Assembly (NCBI GenBank): GCA_963727625.1
Contig: CAVSHR010000005.1
Span: forward strand, 384,001 to 448,000
Direction: 5' to 3'
Origin: an uncultured delta proteobacterium
Lineage (GTDB): Bacteria > Desulfobacterota > Binatia > UBA9968
Length of the DNA stretch: 64,000 nt
In this document: in pieces, positions 18,693-27,886 of the stretch
How positions within the stretch are numbered: position 1 is the stretch's first letter
Layout: every line of letters starts with the position of its first letter
Program-made: the position numbers and the translations under genes
Notes under the pieces: model-generated
Database searches by the model: none
What the model saw: only the letters and a program-made list of their open reading frames with translations
Told to the model about the DNA's origin: nothing

Positions 18693-19643
18693 TCAATGCC
18701 GGTTATGCCCGAACGTCTTGGCATAATCCCGCTGCAGCTCTTTCGGAATAAATTCATCTTCCAGCTGGTGAATTTTCTTAGCGGGGAGAATCGGATCTTG
18801 CGTGCGCGGCACCATGCCGCACGGGCTCGCCTGCGCTTTCTTGTTCCACTCTTCGAGCACGATCGGGCCGCGCTCTTTGAACTCGTGCAATAGCTCCCAG
18901 GTCGATTGCAGACCGTTCGCCGTGGTCAGGCTTGGATAGAGCACCGCCGCGGCGCCGAGGTTTTGGAACTCCTCGAAGGTCGGCGACGGCCGCGGCCCGT
19001 AGTAAGGCGCGATCACCGGCGCCGGAATGCGCCGGCAAGCCTCTTCGATCTCCTCCCGTTTGGTCAGCGTGTTGACCCAGATCGCATCCACCCCCGCCTC
19101 CTCGACGTAGGCGATGGAGCGCTCGATGGCGTTTTTGAAGCTGCCGCCCTCCGAGCCGATGGAATCGCAGCGCGCGCACACGACGAAATCGGCGTCGAGC
19201 TCTTGCTTCGCCGCCATGGCGGCTCGGTATTTGCCTACTGCTTCTTCGCGCGAAATCAGCCGCCGGCCGGCCAGCGTGCCGGATTTCTTCGGCGCCTCTT
19301 GATCCTCGATGTGCAAACCGGCAGCACCGGCGCGGATATAAGCCTGCACCGTGTGATAAACGTTCACCGCGTTGCCGTAGCCGGTATCAGCGTCGGCAAA
19401 CACCGGGATCGCGCTTACGTTGGTAATGCGTCGCACCGCGTCGGCCATCTCGCTCAGGCCGAGCAGGCCGACGTCGGGGTAGCCGTAGACGTAGGCGCAC
19501 ACCTGCGAGCCCGACATGAAAAACGCTTCGTAGCCGAGCACCTCGGACATGCGCGTATGGAGCGGGCTAAAGCCGCCGGACATAATCAGCAGCTCGGGCC
19601 GTTTAAGTAACTCACGGAATCTCGTTGTCTTTTTGTTTTCCAT
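18693..19643 (-). CDS. Isocitrate lyase/PEP mutase superfamily enzyme
   Basis: FMSGS, YPDVGLL, PVFADADTGYG, AGAAGLHIEDQ, VVCARCD motifs. Confidence 0.92.
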   Translation of the reverse strand: MENKKTTRFRELLKRPELLIMSGGFSPLHTRMSEVLGYEAFFMSGSQVCAYVYGYPDVGLLGLSEMADAVRRITNVSAIPVFADADTGYGNAVNVYHTVQAYIRAGAAGLHIEDQEAPKKSGTLAGRRLISREEAVGKYRAAMAAKQELDADFVVCARCDSIGSEGGSFKNAIERSIAYVEEAGVDAIWVNTLTKREEIEEACRRIPAPVIAPYYGPRPSPTFEEFQNLGAAAVLYPSLTTANGLQSTWELLHEFKERGPIVLEEWNKKAQASPCGMVPRTQDPILPAKKIHQLEDEFIPKELQRDYAKTFGHNRH

Positions 19644-20258
19644 AGAAAAAATTCCATATCACAACGGTTCGCTCCTGGAAATGCGCCGGGTGCTATTGCG
19701 GCTTGCGTCGACACGGCCGAGGCAAAGCTCTGGCTGGATTGGCCAATGTCGGCATGCAGATCGCCGGTCCGTCGGATAACTTTTTGACGAGACCGGATGC
19801 GTCATAAACAAACTTGAAGGTGAATCCACCGAGCTGGCTGGCCCCGGCGCGGATCCTCGTCCAAAGTCTGAAAAAATTTCATCTTCGAAATGTCCGGCAA
19901 CTTCCCTCCCAAGACTAACCTTTCAAAGTTGTAATGATAGGGAAAGGTTCCGGAAGTACACCGACGTTGCTTCGCGCACAAAATCCGTTACGGTACTTTA
20001 AGCGCGGAATCGGAAACGAAGGAGTGAGGACGATCGCGTTGTCACGAAAGAGGGCGTTGGCATATTGCAATGCAAAATAAACCGTGCGAGTGAATAGACT
20101 TATACAAAAATGTTTAAATTCCAGCCCAGTTTCGGCCATTCAGCCCATAAAGAGAGTCCGGCAGCCAGTTCCGGGAAACAAGTCATGCGGCATATCACTC
20201 GATCTGCTTTCCCGTCGAAGCAAAACCTTGGCGAGTCCACTGCTTGTGGAATATTGCG

Positions 20259-20588
20259 ATGTCGCGTTTAACCAACCATCATCGTAGTTCCGCCTTTTCT
20301 CGATTCATAGCGATGTCCATCTTAACTATTTGGCTAGTATTGATCGGCCTCGGGTACGGCGCTAACGGCGGCCTTGACAATTTCACGGCCGCGGCAACCT
20401 TCTCGACAGCAGACCAGAATTGCGCCGACCCTCAAATGAGCGACCTATCGGTCGACCTCAAAAGCTTGCCCACGGTTTTTCATTTGATTTTAGCGGATTC
20501 GCCGTTCGACCGAGGTTTAAAAAACTTCCCAAAGGTGCCGACCGAGAATATTTCACCGCTGAGGATAAAGTGTTCCCTTCTCCTTTGA
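20259..20588 (+). CDS. Small single-TM protein, candidate leader peptide of the arn-like operon
   Basis: N-terminal TM (ILTIWLVLIGLGYG), low-complexity middle, hydrophobic end PLRIKCSLLL; co-oriented 127 nt upstream of degT. Confidence 0.5.
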   Translation: MSRLTNHHRSSAFSRFIAMSILTIWLVLIGLGYGANGGLDNFTAAATFSTADQNCADPQMSDLSVDLKSLPTVFHLILADSPFDRGLKNFPKVPTENISPLRIKCSLLL

Positions 20589-20715
20589 TCCGTTCCACAG
20601 TTACCGGGTTTGCGCGGTTGGCATGGACCCGATGTGCGGAATTTACACCGAGCGGCATTCCTGCGACGGGTTTTAAAAAACCATTTCATGGTGAAGATCA
20701 GAACGGAGAATTCAA

Positions 20716-21942
20716 ATGACATCCAATGCTTCCTTATCGCTCAAGCCCAAGCAAAACGACGGCTTGGGTGCTTCCGATAAGCTTCCCCAGAGCAAGAATG
20801 GCAAAAAGACCCCTAACCAGAATTCGCTCAGGAGAGTCCCGCTACTTGATTTAAAGCGAAAGTATCATGCCATTGAAGCGCAACTGCGCCGGCTATGGGA
20901 TGGCGCTTTCGAATCCATGAGACTTTTGAACGGCGCTAACTTGAGCGCATTTGAAGTGGAATTTGCCGATTACTGCGGTGTCCGGCACGCCATTGGAGTC
21001 GCCTCCGGCACCGATGCGATTTTTTTGTCTCTGCGCGCCCTCGACATTAAACCGGGCGACGAAGTCATCCTGACCGCGCATGCGCCCGCCCCGGTGATCG
21101 AGCCCATCATTTATCTTGGCGCGGTTCCGGTTTTGACGGATAAGGCTGCGGCTGATTACGGTCCGGATCTAGCGAGTTTGAAAGCCGCCATCACTGCGAA
21201 GACCAAAGCGATCGTTGCCGTCCATATGTTGGGTTTGCCTTGCGATATGGCGCCCATTTCTCAGCTAGCAAATCACTATAATATTCCCCTCGTGGAGGAT
21301 TCTTCCCAAGCCCAGGGAGCGACCTATCGCGGCAAGCGCGCCGCGGGATTGGGAACGATAACCCCGATGAGCTTGGGCGCCGTCAAGAACCTCGCTTGTT
21401 ACGGCGACGGCGGTGTCGTGCTGACCAATGACGATGGCCTGGCCCAAACCGTGCGCCTGCTCCGCGTACACGGCCAAGCGGAAAAATACAACCATAAGCT
21501 TTATGGCTGGAACAGCCGCCTGGATGAAGTCCAAGCGGCGGTGCTGCGGGTGAAACTCCCGACCCTGGACCAAGACAATGCCAGACGGCGCGACATGGCG
21601 GCGGAGTACTCACGCGAGTTCCGCAAACTTCCAGTATCGACACCGCCGAGCTTCGCGGACCGCGAGAGCGTCTATCATCAGTATGTCATCGAGACGCCTC
21701 ATCGAAACGAGTTGAAGCAATTCCTTGAGGCGCGCGGTATCGGGACCGGGATCTATTATCCCTTGCCGCTGCACCAACACGAAGCGTGGCTTGCGCGCGG
21801 CTTGCCCCGCTATTCTTTGCCGGAATCGGAACGCTATGCGGCGCAAAACGTCGCCCTGCCGATGTTCGCCGAATTGACCGAGGACGAGGTCGACTACGTG
21901 ATTGCCGGTGTGAGAGATTTTTTTTCAGCACGCGATAAATAA
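20716..21942 (+). CDS. DegT/DnrJ/EryC1/StrS sugar aminotransferase
   Basis: VPLLDLK, GVASGTDAI, VEDSSQAQGA, KNLACYGDGG (PLP Lys), GWNSRLDEVQAAVL. Confidence 0.95.
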   Translation: MTSNASLSLKPKQNDGLGASDKLPQSKNGKKTPNQNSLRRVPLLDLKRKYHAIEAQLRRLWDGAFESMRLLNGANLSAFEVEFADYCGVRHAIGVASGTDAIFLSLRALDIKPGDEVILTAHAPAPVIEPIIYLGAVPVLTDKAAADYGPDLASLKAAITAKTKAIVAVHMLGLPCDMAPISQLANHYNIPLVEDSSQAQGATYRGKRAAGLGTITPMSLGAVKNLACYGDGGVVLTNDDGLAQTVRLLRVHGQAEKYNHKLYGWNSRLDEVQAAVLRVKLPTLDQDNARRRDMAAEYSREFRKLPVSTPPSFADRESVYHQYVIETPHRNELKQFLEARGIGTGIYYPLPLHQHEAWLARGLPRYSLPESERYAAQNVALPMFAELTEDEVDYVIAGVRDFFSARDK

Positions 21943-21946
21943 TTCT

Positions 21947-22837
21947 GTGTCCTGCATCAAAATTTCGGTGATCGCGCCCATGCATAACGAGGAGGGAAAT
22001 GTTCTGCCGCTCTACCAGGATATCAGCAATGCCATGGCGCGGCTGGCTCAGCCCTACGAGATTATTTTCGTCAACGACGTAAGCGCCGACCGCACGCTCG
22101 ATCGGATGCGGGAAGTTCAACGGAGCGATCCGCACTTTCATTTCGTCGACCTGGAAACCAACGTCGGTGAGAATTGGGCCCTGCTGGCGGGAATAATCCA
22201 CGCCCGAGGCGAAGTTCTAGTGACGATTGACGGCGATTATCAAAACGATCCCGCATATATTCCAGCTTTGTTGGAGGAGCTGTCAAAAGGCTATCGCGTC
22301 GTGTCCGGCCGGCGCCGTCAACGCATCGGCAAACTTTGGAGCCGTCTGCTGCCGTCACAGATCGCCAACGGTTTGATTCGACTCGTCAGCGGCGTGGCGG
22401 TCCACGACTGCGGCTGCGGCCTCAAAGCCTATCGGCGAGAGGTGTTGGAAGGCAAATTTGTACCCAAGGGATTCATGAATCGATTCGCGCCCGCAGCTCT
22501 CGGGGTTCGCGCCGAGGAGTTTGCCGAAGTCGAGGTCGTCGACCGGCCGAGGATCTCGGGAGAATCCCACTACGGGCTCAATCGTGTATTTTTGGTCTTG
22601 AGAGATCTTCTGGCGCTTCCATTCGCAGTGCGCGGTCCGCGGCGTTGGCGCGGGCGATTTCGTTGTCTGCAATGGCTTTGCCTGGCGGCGACTTTGTTTC
22701 TCTTCATCGGGGGCCACGAGAATTTGGCCATCGTCGCGTTCCTCCTTGCGCTCATGGCGTTCTCCAACGTGTGGAACCTTGGCCGTTTCATCACGGCACA
22801 GGCCAGGCCGGAATTTCGCGTCAAAGACTACCGGTGA
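21947..22837 (+). CDS. GT2 polyprenyl-phosphate glycosyltransferase (ArnC/PPM synthase-like)
   Basis: ISVIAPMHNEEGN, VNDVSAD, TIDGDYQNDP, HDCGCGLKAYR, two C-terminal TMs. Confidence 0.9.
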   Translation: MSCIKISVIAPMHNEEGNVLPLYQDISNAMARLAQPYEIIFVNDVSADRTLDRMREVQRSDPHFHFVDLETNVGENWALLAGIIHARGEVLVTIDGDYQNDPAYIPALLEELSKGYRVVSGRRRQRIGKLWSRLLPSQIANGLIRLVSGVAVHDCGCGLKAYRREVLEGKFVPKGFMNRFAPAALGVRAEEFAEVEVVDRPRISGESHYGLNRVFLVLRDLLALPFAVRGPRRWRGRFRCLQWLCLAATLFLFIGGHENLAIVAFLLALMAFSNVWNLGRFITAQARPEFRVKDYR

Positions 22838-22841
22838 GCTC

Positions 22842-23870
22842 ATGAAAAACAAGGTAACCGTCGCACTCGTCGGCGCGGGCTATTGGGGAAAAAAACTTCT
22901 GCCGAAATTTCTTGGCAGCCCTGACAGTTGTGTAAAAGTCGTTTGCGACCTCCGTCCGGACAATCGCGAGGCGATCGACAAACACTTTCCGGAGATCCCG
23001 ACCACAGATTCCTATGAGGCGATCGTTGCAGATCCGGGAATCGATGCCGTGGTTCTAGCAACGCCACCGGCGACGCATTTTTCCTTAGCGCGCAAAGCCC
23101 TTCAAGCCGGCAAGCATGTCTGGATTGAAAAGCCCCTAGCTCTTTGCGTTGGCGAGGGGCGCGAGCTCGTCGCACTCAGTCGAGACAGGAAAACGGTTCT
23201 GTTCGTCGATCATACCTTTCTCTACGATCCGGCGATTCGGAAGATCCGCGAGCTAATCGTTCAGGGCGACCTGGGCGAGGTTCACCATATCTATTCGCAA
23301 CGGCTTAATTTGGGGCGGATCAAGCGGGACTCCAACGTCTGGTGGAACTCCGCCCCCCACGATGTCTCCATCGTTCTGTATCTTCTCGCGAGCGCACCGA
23401 AAAGCATTACGCTGCACGGCTATCGTTATCTCCAGCCAGCTTTAGAGGATCTCAACATGGCCGTCCTGGAGATGACCGACGGCGCGTCCGCCTTCGTCTA
23501 TCACAACTGGTTATTTCCCGAGAACACCGCGAAGCTGGCGGTGATCGGCAGCAAGAAAATGCTGGTTTACGAAGGAAAATTCGAAAAGCGGGCGGTCACT
23601 CTGTATCCGTACGTGGTCGATCATCAATGCGCCGCACCCGGCGGATTGGCCGAACTGCCGACGACGATTCCGTCTAAAATCATTTCCGAGACGACTTTGA
23701 CGGGCCTAACCGATCAGGAACCGCTGATGCTCGCCGTCAGCGATTTCTTGACCAGCGTGAGGCAAGGACATGCACCGTTATCCGACGGAGAGTTCTCGCT
23801 GCGAGTTTTGAACGTGCTCGAAGCCGGCGAACAATCACTGCGCTCAGCGGGGGCCAAAATTGCAATTTAA
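22842..23870 (+). CDS. Gfo/Idh/MocA NAD(P)-dependent oxidoreductase (GnnA/WbpB-like)
   Basis: VGAGYWG, ATPPATH, KHVWIEKP, VDHTFLY, APHDVS. ATG at 22842. Confidence 0.92.
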   Translation: MKNKVTVALVGAGYWGKKLLPKFLGSPDSCVKVVCDLRPDNREAIDKHFPEIPTTDSYEAIVADPGIDAVVLATPPATHFSLARKALQAGKHVWIEKPLALCVGEGRELVALSRDRKTVLFVDHTFLYDPAIRKIRELIVQGDLGEVHHIYSQRLNLGRIKRDSNVWWNSAPHDVSIVLYLLASAPKSITLHGYRYLQPALEDLNMAVLEMTDGASAFVYHNWLFPENTAKLAVIGSKKMLVYEGKFEKRAVTLYPYVVDHQCAAPGGLAELPTTIPSKIISETTLTGLTDQEPLMLAVSDFLTSVRQGHAPLSDGEFSLRVLNVLEAGEQSLRSAGAKIAI

Positions 23871-24013
23871 ATTACCCAGGCTGTTGTGCATTTGGATCAT
23901 TCCTCTGCTCACAAAATTCTTACGGCGACTGCCATCATTCTTTGCCGCAAAAGTATCGAACCGGCTTGCTTGCCATTAACGGTGGCTCGGCGATTCGCTT
24001 GATTCTCGATCCA

Positions 24014-25762
24014 ATGGCGGAAACCCTCATTCCAACCCGCGACCCCGTGGCGGGCCGAACGCTCTCCGGCTTAGCCCGCTATGTCGCGATCGGCGCGCTC
24101 ATGCTTGTTTGCGCCGTGGCGCTCTTTGACCATTTGGGCGCGCCCGCCTTATTCGAACCGGACGAGGGCCGAAACGCCGAAAAGGCCAGAGAAATTTTAC
24201 TGCTGCATGACTGGATCACGCCCCATGAGAACTTTCTGGCGGTTCTGGATAAGCCTATCGCCTATTACTGGCTGGTCGCGGCCTCCTTTGAAGCATTCGG
24301 GGTTTCGGAATGGTCCGCTCGGCTTCCCTCGGCCCTCGCGGCAGCGGGTTGCGTTTATTTAGTATTTCTATTGGCCGGGCGATTCTTCGGCTTCTGGCCG
24401 GGAATTTGGGCCGGACTGGTGCTCGCTACCAGCCTCGAATTTTATCTGCTCTCTCGCATCGTGATTTTCGACATGACCTTGACTTTCTTTGTCACGCTTG
24501 CACTGTATTGCTTTTTCGAAGCGTTGGAGGAACAAGCGCGTTGGCGCCGCAGAACGACCCTTTGTTTCATGTACTCCGCTTCGGCCGCCGCTACGCTGGT
24601 AAAAGGACCTATTGGTGTCATACTTCCCGGCATGGTGATCCTTTCCTACTTGATCTTCTCCCGGAAGTTATCCGCCTTGCGCGTTCTTGAACTGCCTTTG
24701 GGGATTGCGCTTTTTTTGGCTATCGTTGCCCCCTGGTACCATCTCGTGGAAACGCGCAACCCTGGATACCTGGACTATTTCTTCTGGGAAGAAAACATAA
24801 CGCGTTATCTAACGCCGCATTTCAATCGCGCCGGGGCCTGGTATTACTTTTTGCTGGTTGCGGCGCTGGGATTTTTTCCCTGGACGCTGTGCATCCCTGC
24901 CGTTTTCATGCAGGCTTGGCGCCGGCGCCACGACAACGCCATCCTTTTCTTAAGCCTGTGGGCGATTTTGCCGCTGATTTTCTTCTCTTTTTCCAGCACA
25001 AAGTTGCCGCATTACATATTGCCGGTCTTCCCGCCCCTCGCGTTACTGACGGGCCTGGCTATAGATCAGGAACTCGGCGCGCCAGCGCCGAAACTGACCC
25101 AACTGCTGGGGCTTTCCGGCCTCGTCCTGTGCCTGTTCATGATCGCTTTCACCGTTGCCCTGTGGTCCTGGCCATGGTTTCCGGCCGCGGCGCGCGTTGC
25201 CATACGGCGCCTGCCGCCGCGCCTTGCTCTCTGGAGCATGGTTGCGGGCTCCGTCTTTGGCGGCCTTGCGTTCTCGACGATGACTGGCCAACGGCAAAGC
25301 CATAAGCGGTTGTTCCTCGGATTTGCTTTGGGTCTTATCGTTTACGTGAGTCTTGTAACCGAGGTTATAGCGATTAGTTCGACCCATCGTTCCTCGCGCC
25401 AGCTGGTGAAACAGGCCTCGACCGTCATTGATCCATCCGCGCAGCTGGTCATCTACGATACATCTTTAGAGAGTCTACCTTTTTATTTCAGCACAACTCG
25501 GCCGATATGGATCGTCTGGTCGGGCGCAAAACATAGCGTCATGGGCAGCTTTTACTTGGCCGAGCAGGGCCCAAGGCCGGCGCCGGGATACGGCAAAATT
25601 TTGCTGACTTTCGAGGAATTCGACAAAGAATGGGCGAAATCTCCGAAGGGCCATTTTGCGGTGATTCTCAAGAAAAAGAACCTCCCGCGCTTAGAAGAGA
25701 GCGTGTCCGGCGACGTGAAAGTCCTGTTGGAACATGGCGAACTCCTGGTCGTTACAAACTGA
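24014..25762 (+). CDS. arnT: ArnT-like GT-C glycosyltransferase 1 (GT83/PMT_2)
   Basis: EPDEGRNAE, DKPIAYYW, SARLPSAL, IFDMTL, TLVKGPIG, STKLPHYILPVFP. Confidence 0.88.
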   Translation: MAETLIPTRDPVAGRTLSGLARYVAIGALMLVCAVALFDHLGAPALFEPDEGRNAEKAREILLLHDWITPHENFLAVLDKPIAYYWLVAASFEAFGVSEWSARLPSALAAAGCVYLVFLLAGRFFGFWPGIWAGLVLATSLEFYLLSRIVIFDMTLTFFVTLALYCFFEALEEQARWRRRTTLCFMYSASAAATLVKGPIGVILPGMVILSYLIFSRKLSALRVLELPLGIALFLAIVAPWYHLVETRNPGYLDYFFWEENITRYLTPHFNRAGAWYYFLLVAALGFFPWTLCIPAVFMQAWRRRHDNAILFLSLWAILPLIFFSFSSTKLPHYILPVFPPLALLTGLAIDQELGAPAPKLTQLLGLSGLVLCLFMIAFTVALWSWPWFPAAARVAIRRLPPRLALWSMVAGSVFGGLAFSTMTGQRQSHKRLFLGFALGLIVYVSLVTEVIAISSTHRSSRQLVKQASTVIDPSAQLVIYDTSLESLPFYFSTTRPIWIVWSGAKHSVMGSFYLAEQGPRPAPGYGKILLTFEEFDKEWAKSPKGHFAVILKKKNLPRLEESVSGDVKVLLEHGELLVVTN

Positions 25763-25942
25763 CGTTCCCTAAACGAGTCGTCATGACAAAATTGAATTAC
25801 AAGCCGGTACGCTGCGACACTCTGCCGCACCGGCAGCCCGATTGTGCCTGTATATTTTTGCGACAGCGGTCAACCTCGAACCCTAGGAAACGTTTCGCCA
25901 GCAAGACCGGAACCGCTTCGCAACCACCAAATTAAAAACCTC

Positions 25943-27886
25943 ATGTGCGGCATTTACGGATACGCAAGCCAAAAAGGGGAAATCGATCCTCATATCCTGT
26001 GCGGCATGGGCCGCACCCTCGCCCATCGCGGGCCTGACGATGAAGGCCAGATGATCGACAATACCGGCCCAACCCGTGTGGGACTTGGGCACAAACGCTT
26101 AAGCATCATCGATCTTTCTCCGGCCGGAAAGCAGCCCATGTGCAATGAGGACGAGACGGTCTGGGTCACGCTCAACGGCGAGATTTATAATTATCAAGAG
26201 CTGCGCAAAGAACTCGAAGAAAACGGACACCGTTTCCGCTCCCATTCGGACACCGAAGTAATCGTGCACTTGTATGAGGAGAGCGGTGCCGGTTGTCTGG
26301 ACCGGCTGAATGGCATGTTTGCTTTTGTCATTTGGGACGCCAAGGAACAATCGTTGCTGCTTGCTCGAGACCCGGTGGGCAAAAAACCTTTGCATTACTG
26401 TGTAACCAAGCGCGAGATTATTTTTGCTTCCGAAATCAAAGCGCTGCTGCGGCATCCCGAGGTTCGCCGCGACCTGGATCTAGGAGCGTTGAGCAAATAC
26501 CTCGCCTACGAATATGTTCCGGCTCCCGACAGCATTTTTCAATCGATCAAAAAACTCGAGCCCGGACATTATTTGCTCTACCGAGACGGCGCGATACAAT
26601 GCGTTCCCTACTGGCGAATTCCCATTCAAGACGATCCGGCCCCGATTCAATCGGAAGCCCGCTGCGTCCAGGAGCTGAGGGAACTTCTTGACCGCTCGGT
26701 TCGCCGCCGCCTGGTAGCCGATGTCCCCGTGGGCCTGTTTGTCAGCGGCGGGTTGGACTCCGGAATCGTCGCGGCATTTGCCGCGAGGGCGAAAGATCGG
26801 CTCGAATGCTTTTCGATCGGCTTCGATGAACCGAGCTTCGACGAAAGTGGTTACGCCAAACAGATCGCCAAAAGCCTTGGAATCACACATCACGTCAGGA
26901 TCTTTGATGCTCGATCGATGCTCAATCTGGTGCAATCCTTGCCGCAAATCTTGGACGAGCCGCTGGCGGACCCGTCCATCCTGCCGCTGTATCTCTTGTC
27001 TGGTTTCGCCGCCGAGCGGATGAAGGTCGTCTTGAGCGGGGACGGCGGCGACGAACTGTTCGCCGGTTATCAGACTTTTCAGGCGCACAAGCTCATGGAA
27101 TATTACCAAGCGCTGCCCGGCTTCCTTAGAAAATGGATAAAAATGCTCGCGTCCCACCTGCCCGTGTCGCACGGGTACTTGAGCACCGACTATAAAATCA
27201 AACAATTTCTCAAGGGCGACGGAGTCTTGCCGGAAATTCGCTTTTTTCGTTGGCGGGGCGCCTTTGCCGACGCTGAGAAGAACAAGCTTATCAACCCCGA
27301 GCTGCGACAGCAGATTGCCCGCCACAACTGCTACGAAGACGTCGACCGCTACATCGCCGAGAGCGGTTTGACGAAAGCGCTTGAGAGAATCCTCTATCTG
27401 TCGATGAAACTTTATCTGCAAGACAACAATTTGGTGACGGTCGACCGGGCGAGCATGGCCAACGGCTTGGAGGTGCGATGTCCGCTGTTGGACAAAGACG
27501 TTGTCGAGTACGTCTGCCGCCTGCCGATGCGATACAAGCTCAACGGTTTTAGGACCAAATATCTGCTCAAGCGGGCCGCTGAAGGCCTTCTGCCACATAA
27601 AATCATCCATCGGCAGAAGAAAGGCTTCGGCATTCCACTCGCGCGCTGGCTCAACACCGAGCTCAAGAGCTTCATGTTGGATTATTTGAACGAGGAAAGG
27701 ATTCGCAGACAAGGCATCTTTCACTATCCCTACGTCAAAAGGCTGATCGACGAACAGCTCGCTAAATCGAAGGACCATCGCGAGCCGTTGTGGACCCTTT
27801 TAGTCTTTCAGGTCTGGTACGAAAGATATATGGACAGTGCCGCGCCTGCGGAAGCAAACATCTGTGGCGGAAATTTCACCGGCTAA
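25943..27886 (+). CDS. asnB: Asparagine synthase (glutamine-hydrolysing)-like amidotransferase
   Basis: N-terminal MCGIYG, HRGPD, RLSIID, NGEIYN, SGGLDS, GDGGDELFAGY, KKGFGIP. Confidence 0.95.
   Translation: MCGIYGYASQKGEIDPHILCGMGRTLAHRGPDDEGQMIDNTGPTRVGLGHKRLSIIDLSPAGKQPMCNEDETVWVTLNGEIYNYQELRKELEENGHRFRSHSDTEVIVHLYEESGAGCLDRLNGMFAFVIWDAKEQSLLLARDPVGKKPLHYCVTKREIIFASEIKALLRHPEVRRDLDLGALSKYLAYEYVPAPDSIFQSIKKLEPGHYLLYRDGAIQCVPYWRIPIQDDPAPIQSEARCVQELRELLDRSVRRRLVADVPVGLFVSGGLDSGIVAAFAARAKDRLECFSIGFDEPSFDESGYAKQIAKSLGITHHVRIFDARSMLNLVQSLPQILDEPLADPSILPLYLLSGFAAERMKVVLSGDGGDELFAGYQTFQAHKLMEYYQALPGFLRKWIKMLASHLPVSHGYLSTDYKIKQFLKGDGVLPEIRFFRWRGAFADAEKNKLINPELRQQIARHNCYEDVDRYIAESGLTKALERILYLSMKLYLQDNNLVTVDRASMANGLEVRCPLLDKDVVEYVCRLPMRYKLNGFRTKYLLKRAAEGLLPHKIIHRQKKGFGIPLARWLNTELKSFMLDYLNEERIRRQGIFHYPYVKRLIDEQLAKSKDHREPLWTLLVFQVWYERYMDSAAPAEANICGGNFTG

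Noticed and set aside
19915-20139. 74-aa minus-strand ORF in the long intergenic region
   Set aside because: No RBS, TM or motif; probably non-coding.
26480-27778. 432-aa minus-strand ORF
   Set aside because: Antisense shadow of asnB, typical of GC-rich codon usage.
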